From NCBI GenBank assembly GCA_038087875.1, contig CM075988.1, positions 620,001-684,000 of the forward strand: DNA of 64,000 nt, given 5' to 3'. Below the pieces are notes generated by a model. That model was given only the letters and a program-made list of their open reading frames with translations, ran no database searches and was not told the origin of the DNA. The DNA comes from Malacoraja senta. Taxonomy: Eukaryota. A program made the translations under genes and the position numbers. Below, one piece after another: positions 49,474-61,799 of this stretch (position 1 is the stretch's first letter; every line of letters begins with the position of its first letter).

Positions 49474-50227
49474 TAAATGGTAGGGAATTGAAGAATGCAG
49501 GTGAACAGAGGGATCTTGGAATAACTGTGCACAGTTCCCTGAAAGTGGAATCTCATGTAGATAGGGTGGTAAAGAAAGCTTTTGGTGTGCTGGCTTTTAT
49601 AAATCAGAGCATTGAGTATAGAAGTTGGGATGTAATGTTAAAATTGTACAAGGCATTGATGAGGCCAATTCTGGAGTATGGTGTACAATTTTGGTCGCCT
49701 AATTATAGGAAGGATGTCAACAAAATAGAGAGTACAGAGGAGATTTACTAGAATGTTGCCTGGGTTTCAGCAACTAAGTTACAGAGAAAGGTTGAACAAG
49801 TTAGGGCTTTATTCTTTGGAGCGCAGAAGGTTAAGGGGGGACTTGATAGAGGTCTTTAAAATGATGAGAGGAATAGACAGAGTTGACGTGGATAAGCTTT
49901 TCCCACTGGGAGTAGGGAAGATTCAAACAAGGGGACATGACTTGAGAATTAAGGGACAGAAGTTTAGGGGTAACATGAGGGGGAACTTCTTTACTCGGAG
50001 AGTGGTGGCTGTGTGGAATGAGCTTCCAGTGAAGGTGGTGGAGGCAGGTTCGTTTTTATCATTTAAAAATAAATTGGATAGTTATATGGACGGGAAAGGA
50101 ATGGAGGGTTATGGTCTGAGTGCAGGTATATGGGACTAGGGGAGAATACGTGTTCGGCACGGACTAGAAGGGTCGAGATGGCCTGTTTCCGTGCTGTAAT
50201 TGTTATATGGTTATATGGTTATATGGT
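49474..50227 (+). mobile_element. 5'-truncated CR1, (GTTATATG)n family
   Basis: ORFs 49488-49751 and 49753-50139; TAATAG duplication. Confidence 0.9.
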
Positions 50228-50328
50228 TAATAGGGATTGATGTGAAAGGTGAGATGCGTAAGGAATTAAAAGTATTGTATATGAATGCGCGAAGTATAAG
50301 AAGTAGAGTAGATGAGCTTGAGGCTTAG

Positions 50329-53300
50329 CAAATCTCCCTGCAAATATCCTGGCGGGGAGATTTCCAAAGGCTACTGGGGAGACTTTAAACTAGAACGGTT
50401 GGGGGGAGGGACTCAAATAGAGAAAGCTAGTGGAAAATGTGGGAGGCAGGAGGCAGAGAACGGAAGCACTCGGACCCAAAATGTAGGGGAGAAAGAAGAA
50501 AAAGATGATAAACAGAGAATAAGTGGTGGTGGGTTACTTAAATGTGTATATTTTAATGCTACGATCATTGTAAGAAAGGTGGATGAGCTTAGAGCCTGGA
50601 TTGACACCTGGAAGTATGATGTTGTGGCGATCAGTGAAACATGGTTGCAGGAGGGCTGTGATTGGCAAATAAATATTCCAGGATTTCGTTGCTTCAGGGG
50701 TGATAGAATTGGAGGGGCAAGAGGTGGGGGTGTTGCATTGCTTGTCAAGGAAGATATTACAGTAGTGCTTTGGCAGGATAGATTAGAGGGCTCGTCTAGG
50801 GAGGCTATTTGGGTGGAACTGAGAAATGGGAAAGGTGTAGCAACACTTATAGGGGTGTATTATAGACCGCCAAATGGGGAGCGAGAATTGGAAGAGCAAA
50901 TATGTAAGGAGATAGCAGATATTAGTAGTAAGCACAAGGTAGTGATTGTGGGAGATTTCAATTTTCCACACATAGACTGGGAAACACATTCTGTAAAAGG
51001 GCTGGATGGTTTGGAGTTTGTAAAATGTGTGCAAGATAGTTTTTTGCAGCAATACATAGAGGTACCTACTAGAGAAGGGGCAGTGCTGGACCTCCTGTTA
51101 GGAAATCTACTGCAGTTGTACAGGGTCTTGGTGAGACCACACCTGGAGTATTGCGTACAGTTTTGGTCTCCAAATCTGAGGAAGGACATTATAGCCATAG
51201 AGGGAGTGCAGAGAAGGTTCACCAGACTGATTCCTGGGATGTCAGGACTTTCATATGAAGAAAGACTGGATAGACTTGGCTTATACTCGCTAGAATTTAG
51301 GAGATTGAGAGGGGATCTTATAGAAGCGTACAAAATTCTTATGGGGTTGGACAGGCTAGATGCAGGAAGATTGTTCCCGATGTTGGGGAAGTCCAGGACA
51401 AGGGGTCACAGCTTAAGGATAAGGGGGAAATCCTTTAAGACCGAGATGAGGAAAAACTTTTTCACACAGAGTGGTGAATCTCTGGAACTCTCTGCCACAG
51501 AGGGTAGTTGAGGCCAGTTCATTGGCTATATTTAAGAGGGAATTAGATGTGGCCCTTGTGGCTAAAGGGATCAGGGGGTATGGAGAGAAGGCAGGTACGG
51601 GATACTGAGTTGGATGATCAGCCATGATCGTATTGAATGGCGGTGCAGGCTCGAAGGGCCGAATGGCCTACTCCTGCACCTATTTTCTATGTATCTATGT
51701 ATCTATGAAATGAGACAGGGCAGGTGGCGGAGGTATGCGTCGGGGAGCACTTCGGGTCCAGTGATCACAATACCATTAGTTTCAATATAATTATGGAGAG
51801 GGTCAGAACTGGACCTAGGGTTGAGATTTTTGTTTGGAGAAAGGCTAACTTTGAGGAGATGCGAAAGGATTTAAAAGGAGTGAATTGGGACATGTTGTTT
51901 TATGGGAAGGATGTAGAAGAAAAATGGAGGACATTTAAGGGTGAAATTTTAAGAGTACAGAATCTTTATGTCCCTGTTCGGTTGAAAGGAAATAGTAAAA
52001 AATGGAAAGAGCCATGGTTTTCAAGGGAAATTGGACACTTGGTTCGGAAAAAGAGAGAGATCTACAATAATTATAGGCAGCATGGAGTAAATGAGGTGCT
52101 TGAGGAGTATAAAGAATGTAAAAAGAATATTAAGAAAGAAATTAGAAAAGCTAAAAGAAGATATGAGGTTGCTTTGGCAAGTAAGGTGAAAGTAAATCCA
52201 AAGGGTTTCTACAGCTATATTAATAGCAAAAGGATAACAAGGAATAAAATCGGTCCATTAGAGAGTCAGAGTGGACAGCTATCTGCAGAGCCAAAAGAGA
52301 TGGGGGAGATATTGAACAATTTATTTTCTTCGGTATTTACGAAGGAGAAGGATATGGAATTATGTGAGGTAAGGGAAACGAGCAGAGTAGCTATGGAAAC
52401 TGTGAGATTCAAAGAAGAGGAGGTGCGGACACTTTTGAAAAATATGAAAACGGATAAGTCTCCAGGTCCTGACAGGATATTCCCTAGGACATTGAGGGAA
52501 GTTAGTGTAGAAATAGCAGGGGCTATGACAGAAATATTTCAAATGTCATTAGAAACGGGAATAGTGCCGGAGGATTGGCGTACTGCGCATTGTTCCGTTG
52601 TTTAAAAAGGGTTCGAAGAGTAAACCTAGCAATTATAGACCTGTTAGTTTGACGTCAGTGGTGGGCAAATTAATGGGAAGGATACTTAAAGATAATATAT
52701 ATAAGCATCTGGATAAGCAGGGTCTGATTAGGAACAGTCAACATGGATTTGTGCCTGGAAGGTCATGCTTGACTAATCTTCTTGAATTTTTTGAAGAGGT
52801 TACTAGGGAAATTGATGAGGGTAAAGCAGTGGATGTTGTCTATATGGACTTCAGTAAGGCCTTTGACAAGGTTCCTCATGGAAGGTTGGTTAAGAAGATT
52901 CAATTGTTGGGTATTAATGGTGGAGTAGCAAGATGGATTCAACAGTGGCTGAATGGGAGATGCCAGAGAGTAATGGTGGATGGCTGTTTGTCAGGTTGGA
53001 CGCCGGTGACTAGTGGGGTGCCTCAGGGGTCTGTGTTGGGTCCACTGTTGTTTGTCATGTACATCAATAATCTGGATGATGGTGTGGAAAATTGGATTAG
53101 TAAGTATGCAGATGATACTAAGATAGGTGGTGTTGTGGATAATGAAGTAGATTTTCAAAGTCTACAGAGAGATTTAGGCCATTTGGAAGAGTGGGCTGAA
53201 AGATGGCAGATGGAGTTTAATGCTGACAAATGTGAGGTGCTACATCTCGGCAGGACAAATCAAAATAGGACGTACACGGTAAATGGTAGCGAATTGAGGA

Positions 53301-54072
53301 ATGCAGTTGAACAGAGGGATCTAGGAATAACTGTGCATAGTTCCCTGAAGGTGGAATCTCATGTAGATAGGGTGGTAAAGAAAGCTTTTGGTGTGCTGGC
53401 CTTTATAAATCAGAGCATTGAATATAGAAGTTGGGATGTAATGTTAAAATTGTACAAGGCATTGGTGAGGCCAATTCTGGAGTATGGAGTACAATTTTGG
53501 TCGCCTAATTATAGGAAGGATGTCAACAAAATAGAGAGAGTACAGAGGAGATTTACTAGAATGTTGCCTGGGTTTCAGCAACTAAGTTACAGAGAAAGGT
53601 TGAACAAGTTAGGTCTTTATTCTTTGGAGCGCAGAAGGTTAAGAGGGGACTTGATAGAGGTCTTTAAAATTATGAGCGGGTTAGACAGAGTGGACGTGGA
53701 AAAGCTTTTCCCATTGAGAGTAGGGAAGATTCAAACAAGGGGACATGACTTGAGAATTAAGGGACAGAAGTTTAGGGGGAACATTAGGGGGAACTTCTTT
53801 ACTCAGAGAGTGGTAGCTGTGTGGAATGAGCTTCCAGTGGAAGTGGTGGAGGCAGGTTCGATGTTATCCTTTAAAAATAGATTAGATGGGTATATGGATG
53901 GGAAAGGAATGGAGGGTTATGGTCTGAGTGCAGGTAGATGGGACTAGGGGGGAAGTATTTATTTTTAATTTTAAAAAAAAATTTAAAAAAATGTTCGGCA
54001 CGGACTTGAAGGTCCGAGATGGCCTGTTTCCGTGCTGTTATGGTTATATGGTTATATGGTTATATGGTTATA
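50329..54072 (+). mobile_element. CR1 with near-intact ORF2, (GTTATATG)n family
   Basis: APE ~50540-51106 and 51707 onward; RT 52598-53947 (YADDTK); one frameshift near 52590. Confidence 0.93.
51107..51706 (+). mobile_element. 5'-truncated CR1 nested in the previous element
   Basis: TSD GAAAT; same family as 25922-31158. Confidence 0.92.
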
Positions 54073-57000
54073 GAGTTTGGTAGATATGACATTGTGGGGA
54101 TTACTGAGACGTGGCTGCAGGAGGATCGGGCCTGGGAACTTAATATTCAGGGTTATACATCCTATAGAAAGGACAGGCAGGTGGGCAGAGGGGGGTAGCT
54201 CTGCTGGTGAGGGAAGGAATTCAGTCCCTTGCGAGGGAAGACATAGGGACTGACGAGGTACAGTCACTGTGGATTGAGTTGAGGAATTGTAAAGGCAAGA
54301 AGACACTAATTGGTGTTATTTACAGACCCCAAATTGTAGCCCGGATGTAGGGTGTAAGTTGCAGCAGGAGTTAAAACTGGCATGTAACAAAGGTAATGCC
54401 ACTGTGGTGATGGGGGATTTCAATATGCAGGTAGACTGGGAAAATCAGGTTGGTTCAGGACACCAAGAAAGAGAGTTTGTAGAATGCCTCCGAGATGGAT
54501 TCTTAGAGCAGCTTGTAATGGAGCCGACCAAAGAAAAGGCAATTCTGGATTTAGTGTTGTCCAATCAACCAGATATGATAAGAGAACTCGAGGTAAAGGA
54601 ACTGCTTGGAGGTAGTGATCATAATATGATTAGTTTTAATCTGCAATTTGAGAAGGAGAACGTTAAATTGGAAGTATCGGTGATGCAGTTGAACAAAGGG
54701 GACTATGAAGGCATGAGAGGGGAGCTGGCCAAGGTAGACTGGAACGGGATCCTAGCAGGAATGACAGTGGAACAGCAATAGCAGGAATTTCTGGGCATAA
54801 TCCGGAAGACGCAGGATCATTTCATTCCAAAAAGGAAGAAAGGTTCTAAGGGGAGTAGGAGGCAACCGTGGCTGACAAGAGAAGTTAGGGATAGAATAAA
54901 ACTAAAAGAAAAGATGTATAACACAGCAAAGAGTAGCCGGAAGCCCGAGGATTGGGAAACTTTCATAGGACAACAGAAGGAAACAAAACGGGCACTACGG
55001 GCTGAAAAGATGAAGTACGATGGGAAGCTGGCCAGGAATACAAAGAAGGACAGTAAAAGCTTCTTTAGATACGTTAAGGGAAAAAGAGTAGCAAAGTCAA
55101 ATGTGGATCCCTTGAAGGCAGACAAGGGTGAAATTATTATGGGCATCAAGGAAATGGCAGAAGAGTTGAATAGGTACTTCGGATCTGTCTTCACTAAGGA
55201 AGACACAAACAATCTCCCAGATGTACTGGAGGACAGAGGATCTAAGGGGGTAGAGGAACTGAAAGAAATTTTCATTAGGTGAGAAATAGTATTGGGTAGG
55301 CTAATGGGACTGAAGGATGATAAATCCCCAGGACCTGATGGTCTGCATCCCAGGGTCCTCAGGGAGGTGGCTCTAAAAATAGTGGACGCATTGGTGACCA
55401 TTTTCCAATGTTCAATAGATTCAGGATCAGTTCCTGTGGATTGGAGGATAGCTAATGTTATCCCACTTTTCAAGAAAGGAGCGAGAGAGAAAACGGGGAA
55501 TTACAGACCAGTTAGCCTGAATTCGGTGGTGGGAAAGATGCTGGAGTCAATTATTAAAGAGGTAATAATGGGGCATTTGGACTGCAGTAAAAGGATTAGT
55601 CCAAGTCAACATGGATTTATGAAAGGGAAATCATGCTTGACTAATCTTCTGGAATTTTTTGAAGATGTGACAAGTAAAATGGATGAAGGGGTGCCAGTGG
55701 ATGTAGTGTATCTAGACTTTCAGAAAGCCTTTGATAAGGTCCCGCACGGGAGACTGGTGACTAAAATTAGAGCACATGGTATTGGGGTAGGGTGTTGACA
55801 TGGATAGAAAATTGTTTGGCAGACCGGAAGCAAAGAGTAGGAGTGAACGGGTCCTTTTCAGAATGGCAGGCAGTGGCGAGTGGAGTGCTGCAAGGCGCGG
55901 TGTTGAGGCCACAACTGTTTACCGTATATTAATGATTTGGAAGAGGGAATTAGGAGCAACATAACAAGCTTGCGGATGACACAAAGCTGGGTGGCAGTGT
56001 GAACTGCGAAGAGGATGTTAGGTTGCAGGGTGACCTGGACATGTTGAGTGAGTGGGCAGATGCGTGGCAGATGCAGTATAATATAGATAAATGTGAGGTT
56101 ATCCACTTTGGCGGCAAAAACAAGGGGGCAGATTATTATCTCAATGGGGTAATGTTAGGTAAGGGGGAGGTGAAGCGAGACCTGGGCACCCTTGTACACC
56201 GGTCACTGAAAGTTGGTTGACAGGTACAGCAGGCAGTGAAGATAGCTAATGCAATGTTGGCCTTCGTAACAAGAAGATTTCAGTATAGGAGTAAAGAGGT
56301 TCTTCTGCAGTTGTATAGGGCTCTGGTGAGACCACATCTGGAGTATTGTGTACAGTTTTGGTCTCCTAATTTGAGGAAGGACATCCTTGTGATTGAGGCA
56401 GTGCAGCGTAGGTTCACGAGATTGATCCCTGGGATGGCGGGACTCTCATATGAGGAAAGATTGAAAAGATTGTATTCACTGAAGTTTAGAAGGATGAGAG
56501 GGAATCTTATAGAAACATATAAAATTATAAAAGGACTGGACAAGCAGGACAAAGATGCAGGAAAAATGTTCCCAATTTTGGGCGAGTCCAGAACCAGAGG
56601 CCACAGTCTTAGAATAAAGAGGAGGTCATTTAAGACTCGGGTGAGAAAAAACTTTTTCACCCAGAGGGTTGTGAATTTATGGAATTCCCTGCCACAAAGG
56701 GCAGTGGAGGCCAAGTGACTGGATGGATTTAAGAGAGAGTTAGATAGAGCTCTAGGGGCTAGTGGAGTCAAGGGATATGGGGATAAGGCAGGCATGGGTT
56801 ATTGATAGGGGACGATCAGCCATGATCACAATGAATGGCAGTGCTGGCTCGATGGGCCGAATGGCCTCCTCCTGCACCTATTTTCTATGTTTTTCTATGT
56901 TTCAGTAAGAATGATTCTTGGGAGAGAAAGAGGTGACCGTGGCTGACAATTCAAGGACACTATAAAACTAAAAGAAAAGGCATATAACATTGCAAAGATT

Positions 57001-57593
57001 AGTGGGAAGCAAGAGGATTGGGAAGCTTTGAAAGAACCACAGAAGGTTAACTAAAAAGGCAATACGGGGAGAAAAGATGAAATACGAAGGTAAGCTAGGT
57101 AATACTATAAAAGAGTATAGCAAGAGTATCTTCAGTTATCTAAGCAAGAAAGAGGCAAGAGTGGACGTTGGACCGCTGGAGAATGATGCAGGAGAAGAGA
57201 TAATGGGGAACAAAGAAATGGCCGAGGAGTTGAACAACTTTATTGCATCAGTCTTCAGAGTGGAAGACACCAGCAAAGTGCCTGGAATTCAAGCGAGTCA
57301 GGGGATGGAATTTAATGGAGTGGCTATTACTAGGGAGAAGGTGGCTGTGAAGCTGAAAGGTCTGAAGGTGGATAAGTCACCTTACCAGATGGACTGTACC
57401 CTAGGATTCTGAAAGAGGTGGCTTTAGAGATTGTGGAGGCATTGATTGTGATATTTCAAATAGAGTCAGGAGTGCTTCCAGATGATTGGAAAATTGCCAA
57501 TATTACCCTGCTGCACAAGAAGGGAGCAAAGCAGAATAGTGGGAACAATAGGCTGGTTATTCTGACTTCGGTGGTTGGTAAGATTTTAGTCCA

Positions 57594-58944
57594 CTAGACT
57601 AAGTGGGACCCATTGGGTCCCAGTCACATGGGAGGCCTGGTCCCCCAACACAACCTGTTCACCCAACGCAAGAGTCCACCACTCACCCATAGCCCATAAC
57701 TGCGCAAGCGCAGCTCATTTCCCCTCATCCCCGAGCATTCCCTCCCCCTCCCCATGTGTGGGGGAGGAGGGGTGTATGTGGACGGGGAGGTGTAGATGGG
57801 GGGGAAGAGGGTGGTGTGGGGGGTGTGGGGGAGGGGGATGTGTGGCGGGGGATGTGGGGTGGGTTGGAGGTGTGTATGTGGGCAGGAGGGGGGAGGGTGT
57901 GTGGGAGGGTGTGTGTGTGGGAGGGGTGTGTGTGTGGGGAGGTGTGTGTGTGCAGGGGGGTTGTGTGGGGGGAGAGGGGTGTGTGGGCGGGGGGGAGTGA
58001 GCTCAGAGAAAAGATGGGGAAGAGCCATGGGGTAGAGGGGGGCATCATGGGGGAGGGGGGAGGACCCAGCAAGGGGGACCAGAGGGGTAGTGGCTGGAAT
58101 TGGCGGTGCTATGGGGACTCACAGCGGGCGCTGGTCGTTCTCCTCTGCAGGGATCAGAGTCTCCGCTTTCTGTTTGGTGACATCGGCGACATCTCCGACT
58201 CCGGGCTGTGCTGGGTCTCCGAATCTGGGCTGGGTCGGGTCTCCGACTCTGGGGCGGGGCTGCTTGGGGTGGGGCTGCTTGGGGCGGGGCTGCTTGGGGC
58301 CAGGTGGCTGCCTGGGGTGGGGCTGCCTGGGGCGGGGCTGCCTGGGGCGAGGCTGCTTGGGGCGAGGCTGCTGCTTGGGGCGGGGCTGCTTGGGGCGGGG
58401 CTGCTTGGGGCGGGGCTGCTTGGGGCGGGGCTGGTTGGGGCGGGGCTGGTTGGGGCGGGGCTGGTTGGGGGCGGGGCTGGTTGGGGGCGGGGCTGGTTGG
58501 GGCGGGGCTGGTTGGGGCGGTGCTGCTTGGGGCGGGGCTGCTTGGGGCGGGGCTGCTTGGGGCGGGGCTGCTTGGGGGCGGGGCTGGTTCGGGTAATCCA
58601 AAAGTCCGGTTGGGAACCTCCGCTGGCTTTCCTTAGCTCCAGTAAAGAAGCGGTGGCGCAGGAAGGGGTGGGCCGTCCCGGGAAGTGACAGGGGAAGAGA
58701 CTAATCCGCGCGGCGCAGACTGACAGGAGAAGAGGTCGATCTGCACACGCGCGGTTTTTAATATTTTTAAACCTCGCTAACTTTTATGACATTCAACCGA
58801 TCCTAATGAAACTTGGTGGACTTGCAGCACAGAACAGTGAGTGAACTGGCGAAAAATCGTTGCACTATCACAAACCGTTTTTGCGCAAATAGAAAGACCG
58901 CCAAAGCGGAAGATAACAAGATCAGAGTTTTAGTTATGTATAGA
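57594..58944 (-). mobile_element. Non-autonomous Helitron H3
   Basis: Minus strand: A|TCTATACATAACTAAAACTCT...GGGACCCAATGGGTCCC-ACTTAGT-CTAG|T. No TSD; the host CR1 rejoins as AGTCCA|TTATAAAGG. Confidence 0.92.
58251..58588. repeat. 15-bp G-rich minisatellite (GGGGCGGGGCTGCTT)n, ~22 copies
   Basis: Tandem array with CTT/GTT/CCT variants. Confidence 0.95.
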
Positions 58945-59322
58945 TTATAAAGGATGAGGTTATAGAGTACTTAGAATACGATAGAATAGGCCGAAGTCAG
59001 CATGGTTTTGTGAAGGGGAGATCTTGCTTGACAAATTTGCTGGAATTCTTTGCAGAAATATATTGCAGGCAGACAGAGGAGATGTAGTAGATGTTGTTTA
59101 CCTAGATTTTAAGAAAGCATTTGATAAGGTGCCACACGGGAGGCTGCTAAGGAAGATGAGAGCCCATGGTATCAAAGGGCAGATACTAGCATGGAAAGCA
59201 GGTTGGCTGGATGACAGAAGCCAAAGAGTGGCAATAAAGGGGGCTTTTCCTGGTTGGTTGCTAGTGACTAGCGGAGTTCCGCAGGGCTTAATGCTGGGCC
59301 CTCTGCTCTTCACGTTGTATAT

Positions 59323-60350
59323 AGGTACGTTACAAAACTTACCTTCAGTGGCGCTGCAGTTCTGTCACTGCCCGTGTGCGCGACTTTGGCGCCTTTGAGA
59401 GGGGGGCGGGTTTAAAATGCGGTATTTCTCCAGCCTATTCAAATCGATTTTGAACAGGCTGTTTAGATGATGAAGAAAAATCGCTTGGACATCGGTTTTA
59501 TACATTTATTTTAAACTGCACTGAATAATTTAATAATAGGAGTAAATTAAAAAGCATCTTCTAAAGCCGACAACGGGGACGGATTTCACGCACGGGACAG
59601 GTTAAAAAAAGACGTTTATTTTACATATAAACTTGCTTCTTAGGATGCCTTTAATCAAAATTTTACGTTGCGAAAATGTCATTATGTAAATATACGAACC
59701 GGCAGTATTTTTCCTGCGGAAATGGGGTTTAAATTCACCGCAACCGCAACGTTCCAAACGATCGCGTTCCACAAAAACCCACTCGCAAGATGATTTAAAT
59801 GGCCATTAATTTACGGGAATTAAACGTTAAATTCCTTCCATTTGGCCTATAAATTCATGACAATGAGATTTAAAAATCATGTTATATTGTGAATTCTTGT
59901 GTGAATGTTATTTGGACACAGGCTATTTAAAAAAGTTAATCTTTTCTTAAGAAATTGATAGATGTTTAGATCTAGTAATTGAATTTTGTAATTAGCTACA
60001 ATTGGGTAACTAACTAATTATATGCTTTAATTTCAGGTCATCCAAGTAAGATTGTTTTATATTTGTTTCAGAATGCTTCAATCTATAATAACTGAAAATT
60101 TCATTCGGCTCTTAATTTTTAAGAAAGTTATGGGCTTTTGACTGTCCACGATCACAGCTTTTGAGTTAAGTCAATGGAAAAGCAATAGGGAACAAGATGC
60201 TAATTTCCGAGTATGAAATTGGCCATAACTTTTTTAATACTGAAGATATTAAAGTGAATTAGGTGTCAAATTAAACTTCTTTTTATGCTTTATCTGATGG
60301 GATAAATTGCAGACTTGATTTTTAATATCTCAAAATTTTGTAACATTGCT
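59323..60350. mobile_element. Non-autonomous TIR DNA transposon with a 9-bp TSD (superfamily uncertain)
   Basis: TSD GTTGTATAT (59314-59322, 60351-60359); imperfect TIRs AGGTACGTTACAAAA / TTTTGTAACATTGCT; no ORF. Confidence 0.85.
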
Positions 60351-61372
60351 GTTGTATATTAATGATTTGGATAAGGGAATTGAAGGCTTTGTGGCCAGGT
60401 TTGCAGATGATACAAAAATAGGTGGAGAGGCAGGTAGTGTAGAGAAATCAGGGAACCTGCAGAAGGATTTGGATAGATTTGGAGAATGGGCAGAGAAGTG
60501 GCAGATGTAATGTAATGTAGCAAAGTGTGGAGTCATGTATTTGGTAGTAGGAATGAAGATGTAGATTATTTTCTAAATGGGGAGAATCCAGAAATCGGAG
60601 GTGCAAAGTGATCTGGGTGCAGGATTCCCAAAAGGTGCTGGTGCAGGATTCCCAAAAAGTTAATCTGCAAGTCGAATTGGTAGTAAAGAAAGCAAATGCA
60701 ATGCTAACATTTATTTCAAGAGGGCTTGTAATCAAAAACAGGGATGTAATGCTGAGGCTCTATAATGCGCTGGTCAGGCCACATTTGGCACCATATCCGA
60801 GGAAGGATGTGCTGGCTCTGGAGAGGGTCCAGAGGAGGCTTACAAGAATGATCTCGGGAATGAGTAGGTTAATATATGATGAACATTTGACAGCACTGGG
60901 CCTGTACTCGCTGGAGTTTAGAAGAATGAGGGAGGACCTCATTGAAACATACAGAATAGTGAAAGACTTGGATGGAGTGGATGTGGAGAGGATGTTTGAC
61001 TAGTGGTAGAGTCTATGAATAGAGGTCACAACCTCAGAATCAAAAGATGTTCTTTTAGGAAGGAGATGAGGAGGAATTTCTTTAGTCAGAGGGTGGTGAA
61101 TCTGTGGAATTCTTTGCCACAGAAGGCTGGGGAGGCCGTCAGTGGATATATTTAAGGCAGATATTTAAGATAGATTCTTGATTAGTACTGGTGTCAGAGG
61201 TTATGGGGAGATGGCAGGAGAATTGGGGTTAGGAGGGAGAGATAGATCAGCCATATTTGAATGGCAGAGTAGACTTGATGGGCTGAATGGCCTAATTCTG
61301 CTCCTATCACATAATCTTATGAACATATGACATGATCTTATGACCTTATGACATGATCTGATGATCAGAGTA

Positions 61373-61667
61373 ACCACAGTGGTGCAGCCGGTAGAAGCGC
61401 TGCCTCAAAGCACCAGAGGCCTGGCTTCGATCCTGACCTCAGGTGCTGTCTGTGTGGAGTTTGCACATTTGTCCTGTGACCGTGCGGTTTCCTCCCATAT
61501 CCAAAAAACGTACAGGTTTGTAGGTTAATTGGCTTTTATAATTTTTCCCTAGTGTGTAGGGAGTGGATGTGAAAATGGGATAACTAGAACTAGTGTGAAG
61601 AGTTCGATGGAGATCGATAAACAGTGTGGACTCGGTGGATCGAAGGGCCTGTTTCCATGCTGTATCA
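61373..61667 (+). mobile_element. tRNA-derived SINE
   Basis: A-box/B-box-like head and tail CGAAGGGCCTGTTTCCATGCTGTAT. Confidence 0.8.
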
Positions 61668-61799
61668 TTCAATCAAAAATCCCTCATTAGCCAGGGTTTC
61701 CACATGGTACCAACTTTCCCCTTCACTGTAACATATATACGTTGGCCCAGAACTCTTCCTGTCTCACGTTTCAAAGCCTCTTACTTGCCAAATGTCCCT

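Larger units (their letters stand above)
48151..56904 (+). mobile_element. Essentially full-length CR1 (5' UTR, ORF1 zinc finger + esterase, ORF2), disrupted by nested CR1s
   Basis: ORF1 from ~48409 (CDAC..CEKC; VVGDSIVR); ORF2 pieces 54074-56800; AGTA duplication at the ends. Confidence 0.88.
47095..61360 (+). mobile_element. Older CR1 in pieces (47095-48150, 56905-57593, 58945-59322, 60351-61360)
   Basis: ORF1 end, APE (47485-47868) and RT pieces (57077-57412, 59024-59322, 60608-61003) are collinear once the inserts are removed. Confidence 0.82.

Noticed and set aside
50312..51511. 399-aa ORF as a novel endonuclease fusion
   Set aside because: Chance in-frame junction of two nested CR1 elements (TSD GAAAT).
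57756..58688. 310-aa Gly/Leu-rich ORF and the antisense QPRPK-repeat ORF
   Set aside because: By-products of the 15-bp array and G-rich low-complexity DNA inside a Helitron.
61373..61440. tRNA genes at SINE heads
   Set aside because: Degenerate tRNA-like heads continuous with SINE bodies.
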